A stretch of 56,098 bases of DNA, counting the filler, from Platydemus manokwari (lineage: Eukaryota): NCBI GenBank assembly GCA_037951405.1. It is 5 parts of 5 records of this genome, joined end to end, with 100 filler letters (N's around TTAATTAATTAA, not from the genome) between each part and the next. Parts side by side here need not be neighbours in the genome. Positions count along the whole stretch, not along the records: positions 33,603 to 46,923 come from JBBMOY011760285.1; positions 47,024 to 56,098 come from JBBMOY011285428.1; 3 more parts are not named here. One strand, given 5' to 3'. This document shows, in pieces, positions 38,037 through 49,784 of this stretch (its first letter is position 1; the number at the start of each line of letters is the position of its first letter). The translations under genes and the position numbers were made by a program. The notes beneath the pieces are model-generated. The model saw nothing but the letters and a program-made list of their open reading frames with translations, did no database searches and was not told the DNA's origin.

Positions 38037-40289
38037 ATGGGAAAATTTCATAGCAATTTCTATTACGAAAAAAAATTAATTATTTAATTAAACTAATTAA
38101 GATTTTAAATAAAAAACACGTAATTAAAAATTGAATTTCTCATTCCTAAATTGGCTCTGACATGATTTAAAAGAATTGTTTGCAGAAATATACACCAATT
38201 TACGTTTGTAAGACAATTAAAATAAAAAAATTCTCAGATTTTTTTGTTCTTTTATAGATATGTGTGTATTTGGCAGCAATATCATAATTTTAATCATAAA
38301 AAATATTATTAAAAATGTATAAAATTAAATAAAATGGTTATCATCTGGATTATGAGAGTTTGATGACTGAACGATTAACAATTTCCATTAACCATTGTAG
38401 CCATTTCCGCTAATAATTCAATGATTTATGTATGGCCACTAATTGTATTTTTAATATCAAGCTGTGGTCATAATAACAATAATGATAATAATAATAAGAT
38501 TAATAATAATTTATATGCTTAAAATTTTTTCAAAGTCTTGTTTCGGTATCTTGAAATTTGTATAAAAGAAGGTTTTAAAACATAAACACATTAGAATTGT
38601 TTGTATGTAGATTTAGATTTATAATAATAGTTATGCGTATACCCTCGATTAATAATAGTATAAATTATATATGCCAAGTCTTGGGTTATCAATCAACATT
38701 TTATGTCTAAAAAACGTAAATCACTCAAGACGGGATCAGCGTCTGAAAGTCGAAACCAAAATAGAAAGCAATCAAAAAGATTGATTACTGAAAATCGCAA
38801 AAAGATGAGCTAAGCACTCAAGTTATCGACCAAAAAAAACTGGCAAATAATCATGGAACTCAACTTTTTTATAGTCCTATCGGATGTGTCTGGTTGATGT
38901 CATTGATATTTGTTTTCCATTCTCTGAATTTGTTTGTGGATCGATTTACTTGAAATTTCTCTAGTATCTCTCGTCCCATTGGCGGATAATTGAGCTTGCT
39001 GCTCAGGTATGTGCCTGTCGATTCATAGCTTCTAAATATGAATTAATATTAGAACGTATCTAATTGGTTAACGGCACGTGTGTTTATCAGGTTTGTGTAT
39101 ATTGACCTTTTCTAAGGGTCATTTACTTGGTTCTTGTAACCCTTTTAATTGATTTGTGATCTGACCAATATAAGATAAAAACTTACTGTTTTGTGTAATA
39201 AAATATTCAACCTTAAATTTTAATATCGAAAATTAAAACACAAATATCCAAATTGTGTGTATTCATCATAAGTGGCTAAAAGTACCATTAATTTTATTAC
39301 TAATTTACCGCTTCCACGTTGAACAGTCGATGAGTCCAGAGTTGAAGTTGAGGTATGGATAAATTACTTAATAAATTGTAAACACAAAACAAGACAACGA
39401 ACTTCATGACGGAACTGAACTGAAATGAAAGTGATATTACTCGAAATCCTATGTCGAATATCCAGTAAATCTTGAACATTAATATTTTAATATGATTTTG
39501 AGGAAAAACAAATTTGCTATCAATTATTATTGTGTGATATTTATTATGAATTAAATTTCAATTTAATTTAAAATAATTTTTATTCAAATTTTATTCAAAT
39601 TTTAATCAATTGTTATTCTAATTTTATAAAAAAATTATATTAATGTAAAATTAGATTTATTTGCTTAAATTTTTGTATTGAAATAGATTGATTGTAACTT
39701 GACTTTTCAGTTTGTTTTTAATGTGTGGTTTTTAAAATGGTGGCGGCTAACAATTATTAAAAAAAATCTCAAAATAAACAGTGTATAGATCTTTGGATTA
39801 TGAAAACTTAGTTGCATCAACACCAATAATTCCAAAACTTATAATACATCTCAAAATCTATATTTTATTAATCATTAATAACGACAAAAACTGATCTTTA
39901 TTTCTTCTCCATTCTAATTTCTTGTTAATCAAAAGTATGAATAAGCTAGAATCATTGTTAGATTTTTTTGAGAATCCATCTAGCCTAATTTGAATCACGT
40001 TGAATTCATCAGTTTAGTCAAACACAACAATGCGCTTATTAGAATTTAATACCGAAAACCCAGCAAAGATACGAATTTATCATGGATATATTAAAATAAT
40101 TCGAGTATTCATGGGTTTTTCTGATTAAAATTCACCGTTACCAACCATCTAAAGCTTATTATACAGTTTATATTCCAGTCAGAAATCAACAACTGAAGCT
40201 ATAATATAACACTCTTAAAAAATCTTTGATTTTTTGAATAAAAAAATACAAAAAAATTAAATTCAGATGGTTTATTCAACTATAGATAT

Positions 40290-40660
40290 TTTGGATTTGC
40301 ATCTTGAAACCCTTGTTTTACCACTTTAAGCATTTGAATGACTCCACATTCATGCAGGTATAGCAATCAACCAATCACAGATAAATTATATGGAAAATGA
40401 TAATTTTAAAAAGGGACATAACTACACTGCAACACACATATAAAGTGTGACCAAAATCCAACAAGTCCAATAGAAATTAAAGATCAAATCAAACTGTGAC
40501 ATAAATGTGACACAAAGATTGCACACAAATTTCGAGTATCAATACTGATGTAAAAATGGTCAACTGCCAAATGGAAGTCAAGTCTTGGTTGATCTTTAGA
40601 GACATTGTATTGAGTGTTAAAGTCGTATAACAGAAATAAAGACTGAAACCTTCGATTTTT
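40290..40660 (+). repeat. Dispersed non-coding repeat family, copy 3
   Basis: Colinear similarity to the reverse complements of 12370-12730 and 29955-30330. Confidence 0.75.
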
Positions 40661-43600
40661 GGTGTCATTCTGCCTCCAAAGCGGAGAAGTCTGCGCTCTA
40701 ATTGAAAGGCTTAATAATATAACAATTTGTACACAGAGAACCAAAAAGGAAATATAATTTGATCAAAAGAAAACAAATAATTTACATTTAAAACAAGATA
40801 TTTCATTAGTTGGTTCATGTAAGTACTAATTTTTGTTAAAGACTTCTACAGGGTACTTATATACACGAATTTTCTCGATAAATTATCGATTATAAACATA
40901 AAATTTAACATCGTTTAATTTAATTTAATTCAAAAATTACTATCGTTTATTATTTGATTAAATTTACAGAACTTATAGAGTTTGTTTGAGGTTTGAATGA
41001 ATTATTTTCAGTATTCGTGAGTTATATTTGGCTATTATTAGAATTACTTATTGATTACTTTTAGCGGTACATTAGATTAAGTGAAAATTATAAATAAAAA
41101 TTATTTAAAATAACCATTAATTAATTTCTTTAAATATTTTCATGAAATATACTTTTACGCGTTGAATGTTTCGATTGTAGCCGTTAAAATTGATATTAGG
41201 TTTTTAGGATCTGTTTACATCGAAGAATTACTTTCACTATTCGTGTGCTTAATTTAATTATTATTGCATTTGTGTTAAATAAATTTATTATTTACTTTAC
41301 ATATCGTAATTTTATTTTTATCATTTTATTATTGACAATAATAATAGAAATTATAATTATTAATCATAATTTTTCTTCATTCCCTGAAGTCGGTTTGATC
41401 AATCTGTAAATTTGAGAATTTTCTTTTGCATCTTTTAATTATCTTTCCGGTCGTTATTTCAATAAATTATAAAATAAAAACATCAAAAACTATCCAATTT
41501 AAAATGAGACTTCAATATATTATGATTATTTTTTTATTTTTGAATTATTAATGTTTGTTTTAATTCATTTTATTTTTTTGAGTTTATTTTATTTCAGTTT
41601 ATACGGCATACTTAAAAAAAATAAACAATCGATTGAAGAAAAAAGTGAAAACCACATTTGAATTCACGTCAACAAACAGCTTTGAAGATAATGATCATCG
41701 ATTTTTTCAGATGGGCAAAGTACGATGGTCAATTTTTCATGGTCTGTAATAATATATGAATTTAATTCCTATTGTCGTGCATTTAAACAATCTATTTTGG
41801 TTTAATCGAGTTTATTTCCAGTGACATCTGGTACTGTTGCTTTTACATTTTATGATTTTTGAATACATAGCCTTAATAATTATCATAACAAAAGCAATCT
41901 AAATTATTAAGGCCAAGCATTCATAAATCATAAAATGCAAAAATTCGAATTCAATAAAATCGTACAATATGCAAAAATCTTAAATCAAAGTCATCAGAAA
42001 AACAAAAGTTCCAAAAGACAAATCACAATGAGTTTAGTAATCATAAGATAAAAATAACGACAAAATCATTGAATATAAAAATTTTCAGTTACCCTCAAGC
42101 ATATTTTATAGACACGTCGTATGCGTTACCTTGAGTTTCATTTATTAGAACCCTCTATTGACAGTTTTTAATCCTATTTTCCATGCCATTGGCTATTTTT
42201 GACGTGATTATCAAAGTCCAATAAGAGTGTATAATTTCAGAGTGTATGATTGGCTATTGGAATGTGTGTTTTTCGAGCCTATTTCTTTAGATTAACGTTG
42301 TACTTAAAAAATTTATAAAAGTAAGAATGTTTTCAAAATTGAAAATAATGTGCTCTACTTATCTTCGAGATCGTTTGGTTTGAAATAACTTTTGGAAGCG
42401 AATTTTATGGGTCAGGAATTTTAATAATGTGCATACAGCGTATTTATCGATCTAAATATATATTGTTGAATGATAAAAATTGAAATATGGTGAACCATTT
42501 TCATTTTTACTTCTTTTTGCTTTTAAAGTCTCTTTCTTACTTTATTTGTGACATATTTTCGATACAGGATAAATTTAAATTTTTTGGAACTGATTTATCG
42601 AATTTTTAATTTTCCTAGTTGTAGATTTTCGTTAATCAGAATTTATAAAGATTTTGATATCTTAACTGATGAGACCAAATTCTTATTTGAAGATTGTCAG
42701 TTTAGGATAATTCTTAACTCAAAGCTCTAACCACAAATTTAACACAATTATGAAGTCAAATTTTTCTCACAATTCGATTTCTCACAATTCAATGTCAAAT
42801 CACACAGGGTTCAGCACTTAAAAGGTGAATACGTCGAAATTTACCGACCCAGAAAGCTTGATATTGTGCATCGATTTTTTAAAGATTCTCTATTTATGAT
42901 TAAGAGTTTTAATTAATTTTTTTTCTTCATGCTTTATTGTCATTGGGCCATTGTTTATCATGTGTTGACATGTGTTGATTGAAAGTTGGAGTAAAATTTA
43001 AAACATCTGTTTCGCTAATGCGTATTTCTTGTCAGTATGGATGTCCTTTTCCAGGTTTTCAAGTCGTTTCTGACTCACTCAACATTTGCTTAAAATCGCT
43101 GCAAAAATTAGTTAGTGCTTACGTTCCACGTCTCTACCTTTTTACTGCTTCAAGATTGGTTTGTACAAATTTTAGTGACTATATTTTAAAAAAGTATTTA
43201 GCGCTGCAAAAATTAACAATACCAATCCTTTGTTTAGTTTTTATTTCCTCTTTCTGCATTTATTTATATAATTTTTTCCAGAAAAGTAAAATTTAATTTT
43301 TTGTATTTTAATTTTAGTATTTTTAATCTGGCTTATTTAGTTTTCTTTGGCTTGAAAAAAATTAGCCTAATTAACAAATTAGTTTTAAATTATTTGCTAA
43401 TAATGTAATTTTAAGTAATTTTTTCACATTTCATCGAGGACCATTTCATAATGATAGGTCAGAATATAATTGCATTTACATGCAGAGTATCAATTATCAA
43501 TTAAAATAAGATCTGTCTCAGTCTATGTTCTTCATTTTATCAATTTATGTCTTTTAATTAGAAGTGAATCAGATTCGAAAATAATTAGTTGCGATAAACA

Positions 43601-43882
43601 AAAAAAATGTTAAAATCGACCTGCTGTCGATTATTTTATTGTATTTTTATTCTTTACAATGAAAAAAAAAACCAAAAGTATTAATAACAAACTCAACTAA
43701 AATCCCTAAGAACGGAAATATTTTAAACCCATTATTGTTAAGTATAAAAAAACGACAATTTTGTTACAAATATATTGAGAAACCACCAAAAACAATTTTC
43801 ATTTATTGAAAAATAATAAAAGAATTGAAAAATAATTCAAGTCACAAACAAAAAATAATAAAATTATTAAAATTATTGCTGC

Positions 43883-46147
43883 TTAGATAATTTTTCTATT
43901 TCTGAAATTATCTACCAGATCCTTCAATGCAGAAAGAAGATGATTAGGAATTTGATCCAGGCACAAGTTGACTTCTTTTGTTTCTTCATTGAGATTTATC
44001 CCAGGAACATTATCATGATGAGCATTCACTATTAATTTTTGAACATTTCCAAAGAATCGCTTACTGTGAATCTTTGATAATCTACGAGCTAATACCTGCT
44101 TATCCACAGAATTTACATTAACATACTCATCAACTGACATTTCGTTACCATTAATGTTTTGATTAATGCATTGGGGACTTCTGCTATCATGTACATTGTC
44201 GGTAACATTGCAATTTGATGAAGGATTTTTACTTTCTGTTAAACATTCAATTTGATCTGAGAATTCACAATGATTTGAACTCTCGTTGTTGTCGGTGCTA
44301 ATTTTGCCGTCTACATCAGTACCAAATGATGAAATTGACATTTCAGAACTATTTATAATTTCCAGTATTTCATCTGTTTCGGTTTTTATTTCTATTTGAG
44401 GATCTGCACAGTTCATTTGTGATAAATCAAGTAATGGTGATTTATTCAATAAGGAAGATTTGAAATCCAAATCTTTAAACTCATGAAACTGGTTTCGATT
44501 TTCATTTGGTTGATTATTGTTAGCATTTTTGTCCTCCTCTTCTTTGTTCTTTTGTACATTTTCATGTTCCTTACGATTTTCTTTTTTATATTCTTTATTA
44601 TGAGACTGGTTTTGAATTTCATTTAGTTGATTATTGTTAGCATTTTTGTTCTCCTCTTGTTCATACTTTTGTAAATACTCACGTTCCTTTCCATTTTTTC
44701 TATTAGATTCTTTATTATGAGACCGGTTTTGATTTTTATTTGATTGATTATTGTTTGATTTTTTGTCCTTCTCTTGTATGTACTTTTGTTCATGTTTCGT
44801 TCTTTTTTGTTCTTTAAATTCTTTATTATAAAGTAGGTTTTGATTGTTATTTGATTGTTCTTTTCCATCTTGTTTAGGTTTATTTTTATTTTTTTTTAAA
44901 ATTACTAATTCTTTTACATTTTTTGAGTGATTTTTATTAGTATAATAATTTTCTTTTTTAATTAATCTTTCCTTTTCTGTTTTACTATCAAAATCCGTTC
45001 TTATTTCTTTTTCTTTTCTTGTTTCTTTTTCTATCCTTTTTTCTTTAACATTTTGTCTCGAACGTTCTGTTTTATACTCTATTGGGAAATCATTTTTCCT
45101 TTCATTCTTTTTTCTTTCGCATTTGTTAATTTCTTGTGATGTTTGTTTATTATCATTTGAAACGTGATCATTTCTGTAGTTCATATTACTGTGCTTATTG
45201 TTGGATAGCTCGTTATTATATTCTTTGTAATCATGACTTTTATCTTTACACGATTTTTTGTTGTTGCGGTAAGAACTACACTCTGATCTGAGTTTTGACC
45301 TAGACTTTGATCTGAATGTAGGTCTTGATCTATATTTTGATCTTGATCTAGATTTGGTTTTTGATTGTGATCTGAATTTTTCTTTTGATCTTAATGTAAA
45401 TTTTGTTCTTGACCTTGATCTATATTTTGATTTTGACTTTGATCTATATTTTGATTTTAAACTTGAACTATATTTTGTTCTTGACCTTGATCTATATTTT
45501 GATCTTGACCTTGATCTATATTTTGATCTAGACTTTGATCTATATTTTGATCTTGACCTTGATCTATATTTTGATCTAGACTTTGATCTATATTTTGATC
45601 TAGACTTTGACCTATATTTTGTTCTTGACCTTGATCTATATTTTGATCTTGACTTTGATCTATATTTTGATCTTGAACTTAAACTATATTTTGTTCTTGA
45701 CCTTGATCTATAGTTAGATCTTGATTTTGATCTATATTTTGATTTTGATCTGGATTTTGCTCTTGATAGATAACTAAATTTTGATCTCGACCGGGATCTG
45801 GATTTTTCGCGATTTATGGTTTTCTTTTTCTGATAATTAGAATAATCTTTGTTTTCTAAATATTGTATGTGCGTTTTCGATAAATCTTGTTTATTAAAGT
45901 TGTGCGATTTAATTTCGACGGTGGATTTTGAATGACTATTTTTCTCAGAAATAAGAGATACTAAATTTGGAATTATTTTTTGATTTTTTTTCAAATTATT
46001 GTTTGAGTCGATTTCAAAATCATCAAAACTATCGTTTATTGGATTGGCTAAGTGAAATAACGGTTTTTTCGGAATTTGGAATTTAATGATCGAAATAGCC
46101 ATTGATACAATAAATTTAAAGATTTGTTTAGAAATATTTCGAATCAT
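43883..46147 (-). CDS. Intronless basic low-complexity protein with (RSRSRSKY)n repeats, 39-aa repeats and a probable C-terminal ET/AHD-like domain
   Basis: A 2.26-kb stop-free frame in AT-rich DNA (ATG at 46147 or 46102). 24-nt/8-aa repeats at ~45290-45815, 117-nt repeats at ~44480-44860, and a C-terminal amphipathic three-helix pattern. Confidence 0.75.
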   Translation of the reverse strand: MIRNISKQIFKFIVSMAISIIKFQIPKKPLFHLANPINDSFDDFEIDSNNNLKKNQKIIPNLVSLISEKNSHSKSTVEIKSHNFNKQDLSKTHIQYLENKDYSNYQKKKTINREKSRSRSRSKFSYLSRAKSRSKSKYRSKSRSNYRSRSRTKYSLSSRSKYRSKSRSKYRSRSRTKYRSKSRSKYRSKSRSKYRSRSRSKYRSKSRSKYRSRSRSKYRSRSRTKYSSSLKSKYRSKSKSKYRSRSRTKFTLRSKEKFRSQSKTKSRSRSKYRSRPTFRSKSRSKLRSECSSYRNNKKSCKDKSHDYKEYNNELSNNKHSNMNYRNDHVSNDNKQTSQEINKCERKKNERKNDFPIEYKTERSRQNVKEKRIEKETRKEKEIRTDFDSKTEKERLIKKENYYTNKNHSKNVKELVILKKNKNKPKQDGKEQSNNNQNLLYNKEFKEQKRTKHEQKYIQEKDKKSNNNQSNKNQNRSHNKESNRKNGKEREYLQKYEQEENKNANNNQLNEIQNQSHNKEYKKENRKEHENVQKNKEEEDKNANNNQPNENRNQFHEFKDLDFKSSLLNKSPLLDLSQMNCADPQIEIKTETDEILEIINSSEMSISSFGTDVDGKISTDNNESSNHCEFSDQIECLTESKNPSSNCNVTDNVHDSRSPQCINQNINGNEMSVDEYVNVNSVDKQVLARRLSKIHSKRFFGNVQKLIVNAHHDNVPGINLNEETKEVNLCLDQIPNHLLSALKDLVDNFRNRKII
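45290..45815 (-). repeat. Coding 24-bp tandem repeat (plus strand TATATTTTGATCTTGACCTTGATC) encoding RS(R/K)SR(S/T)KY
   Basis: About 20 units; variation between units is by substitution and the frame is preserved. Confidence 0.9.
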
Positions 46148-46923
46148 TTATTATAATTTTTAAAAAATATATTGGATAAAATTTAATTTAATTAATCAGG
46201 TACTGTAAAAATTATTAAAATTAAGTTTTTTAAAAAATAATATCTAAATATAATAATTTAAAGCACGTTATTCTAGTATTTAAATATAAAATTTAATATT
46301 TGATTCATCCCGAAAAACCTGGGCTACAAAAACTTCTCATCGATGATTATCATTAAAGTATTTTTTAACTCATTTCTAAATATCAATATCCAACAAGTAA
46401 TAGAAAAATTGCATTGATTAATTTTATGGCCTAAAGAATTTCACCATTAAAAATAAAATAAATTTTTTTTACATAAAATTGTATGTGTTGAAAGAATTAA
46501 TTGAATTGTTATTTATGAGAAAAAAACATTTTGAAAATTATCACATTAAAATATTAAATGTTTTCCATCGTTTTAATAATGTAGATTTTAAATTGAAGTA
46601 TTTTGGTGAATTTCAAATTACTCATATTCTAATTATATTTTATATTTCAATCATTAATAAATAATAGTAGATAACATATATAATATAACCTTGCTTTATA
46701 TTTCATGGGCGGGTATTCATACATTATAAGTTCTTACAAAACTTCAGACCACAAGAAACGATACGAAATTTCAATGAAAACAGTTTTAATTTGTTGTTAG
46801 GATTATAAATTTAGTTTCACCTAAATATTCTCATAAGTGGAATTAAAGCAAAATTAATTTTAATTTAAAGTCATTAATTTTTTAACGCAATTAAAATTGA
46901 AGTTTAAATGATATTAAAATTTC

Positions 46924-47023
46924 NNNNNNNNNNNNNNNNNNNNNNNNNNNNNNNNNNNNNNNNNNNNTTAATTAATTAANNNNNNNNNNNNNNNNNNNNN
47001 NNNNNNNNNNNNNNNNNNNNNNN
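46924..47023. other. Artificial contig spacer (44N-TTAATTAATTAA-44N)
   Basis: Same 100-nt linker. Confidence 0.97.
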
Positions 47024-47993
47024 GTTCAGCGTTATAACAATTTGTGTTAATAAAATACCTGCATAAAAACATGAATAACTTTTGACTCAACCTGGTACTA
47101 TTTCGGTGTTCATTGTAAATTTTATAATGATAAAAGTGTATTCAATAATAAAAGTCGTATTGATATTGCAATCGGTAGATACCATAAGAACTCATCTCAC
47201 ATTTGATAACAATATCATTCTCAATATTATCTCAACATCTTTCGATAAGGGGAACTTATGTTTTAGAGGTAGCATCAAAAGTAGTAATAAAATCTATACA
47301 AATAACGCGGGGTCCAGTGTCGTTCATCTTGTCTTCATACGAATATGGGAAGCTATCGAAGCAAGTAGAAAACATATATATATATATATATATATTAAGG
47401 TCTGTTACTACTGGTGGGTCATCAGAAATCCGGAAAACTGTTCAGTCAAAAATAGTGCTCAAAGGTGCCGAAAATAATAACAAATATTTTAATAAAATAA
47501 GAAGTAAAATCTATATGAAATCTATTATTGCGATACCGATGGCTGGTTTACTGAATCAATATTAGATAAATATAAATAATTAAAGAGCTTATTTTATAAA
47601 AACCAAAATAGTATCTCATAGTTATAAATAAAAGTTAAAGTAAAAGACATAATAGTTTTTGTGAAGAAGATTTTAGAAATCGATCATCTGTAAAACATAT
47701 TAATAAATCAATAAAATCTGTTAAGCATAAAATTTATTTTTACAAACAAGATAAAGATCGAATAGGTCCTATGAATGATAAACTCTTATTGAAACTGGAG
47801 AACTCCTCGGGGCCAATTTTTTCACTCATATTTAAGTGACAACTTTGTTAATCTATTATTTGATAATTTGACGGGTTAACCTCGTTATCGATTATACGAT
47901 GTAAACCCAAAAACCAACTTCATTTGAAAGAGTATTTTAAGTTGGATTTTAAAATATCAGTTGACCTGCAAACCCTATAATTTATTTAAACTG

Positions 47994-47994
<1 letters not shown>

Positions 47995-48058
<64 letters not shown>
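47995..48058. repeat. (TTA)n microsatellite
   Basis: Perfect run; explains the poly-Ile ORF 47961-48161. Confidence 0.95.
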
Positions 48059-48284
48059 GTTATCTATGATGAGAGGAGTGAAATTAATGCTGAAATTTAT
48101 AGACAATTATAATCGAATGATATTTTCCGTCTTTTATCGCATTGATTTGGATAAAAATTGAGAGAAACATTGGCGCAAATAATGTGCATCTAAGCTATAA
48201 ACGACCCACTTAAATCACTTAAAAATAATATTTCTTCAATTTATTGTTTTGCTTGGAGCCATATGATATCCACTTATTAATGAA

Positions 48285-48463
48285 TAATAATAACAGTAAT
48301 AGTGATTATGATAATAATAGTGATAATAATAATAGCTGAAAATAATAATAACTGATAATAATAATAATAGTGATAATAATAACTGATAATAATAATAACT
48401 GATAATAATAATAATAACTGGTAATAATAGCTGATAATAATAGTGATAATAATAATAATAATA
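48285..48463. repeat. Degenerate AAT-based minisatellite (GATAATAATAACT / GATAATAATAGT units)
   Basis: Repeating TGATAATAATA(A/G)(C/T) blocks. Confidence 0.8.
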
Positions 48464-48979
48464 AAGACAAGAAATACTAATTCATTGTTATCAAGATAAA
48501 AATCTCACAATCAATACACAATTTTCAACAAAGATGCCACATGAAATATGTTTGATCAAACCATCTCAAACCGTCATTGATAAACACAGTGATCTAATTT
48601 CATGTTATTTGAGATAATTTATAAATAATCTTATCAAAATAAAATAAATATTCGAGATGATTTTTCTCACAAAACAAAGAAAATCAAACACGAGAAAAGA
48701 AATATTTATTAACGACTTTATCAGTGTACAACAATCAATCATAGAATTGAGCAGGCCAAAGAGCCAGTTAAAAATGCCAACTAAAACACGGGTTAGGAAT
48801 GATTTGCAGAGAAAAAACAATGTACATGAAACATTCATTCAACTCATAGCCTGATAGCCTGGTTAAGAGAACCAATAAATGACAGACCATTAAAACAACA
48901 GACCAATAAAACAATTAAAGTTAACAAAAACAAATTTGCAAGAATAGCAGAAACTGACTCCATAGAGATTGGAATATAA

Positions 48980-49718
48980 TTAGATAATTTCCACATAATT
49001 GTAAGGCAACATTCCTTGACGGCCAGTCCTCTCCACAGTGCCAGTCATCCATCCTTGATCGATTACTTCACCATTAATGATGACATCACCCTCCATGAAT
49101 GAGACCTCGTCATCATCGTTGGCAGTATAATCATAGAGACAACGGAATTTTGCAGATTCCTACACGTTTTTCGATTATTAATCAAACCAGTCAATGAACA
49201 AAATAATAATAATGATAATAATAATAATAGATATTATATGATAACAATTACCTGTCTGCGAACCTGTGGCGGCGGTGATGGTGAGCGAGATTTGTGTCTG
49301 AAAAAGCGCAATTATAAAAAAAGCTATAAACAGAGAGAGAATAACTGAAATGAAGTCATTATTAGTAGAAAAATTCTAGAGCAAAGGAACACATGATACT
49401 GATTCATTCATAGCATAAGACGACAGCAGACAACTCGGTCATTAGTGAACTTGTTGTGTGTTAATAAATATTAGTCATATCTTGTGATTATTATAAATTA
49501 TTATTATTATTATTATTATTAATTATATTGATAGAATCGATTTATTATCTGTTATATTAATAAAATAATTATAATCAATTGACATCTCACCTTTGAAAAG
49601 AAGCCTGTAGCAAGACTTGATGAGCATTGACTCCTAATAAATGAAACAACAATATTATCAAATAATACAGAATCACTAAGCAAATATCAATCGTATGTTT
49701 CAAGGTGAAATCAAGACA

Positions 49719-49784
<66 letters not shown>

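Noticed and set aside
38703-38813. Short basic ORF MSKKRKSLK...
   Set aside because: Only 36 aa with no recognisable continuation; may be a TE relic but unsupported.
45354-45713. Plus-strand ORF of DLDLYF repeats
   Set aside because: Antisense shadow of the 24-bp coding repeat; confined to the repeat.
45290-45815. Regular short repeats as a CRISPR-like array
   Set aside because: Head-to-tail units with no unique spacers, in frame within a eukaryotic ORF, and no cas genes.
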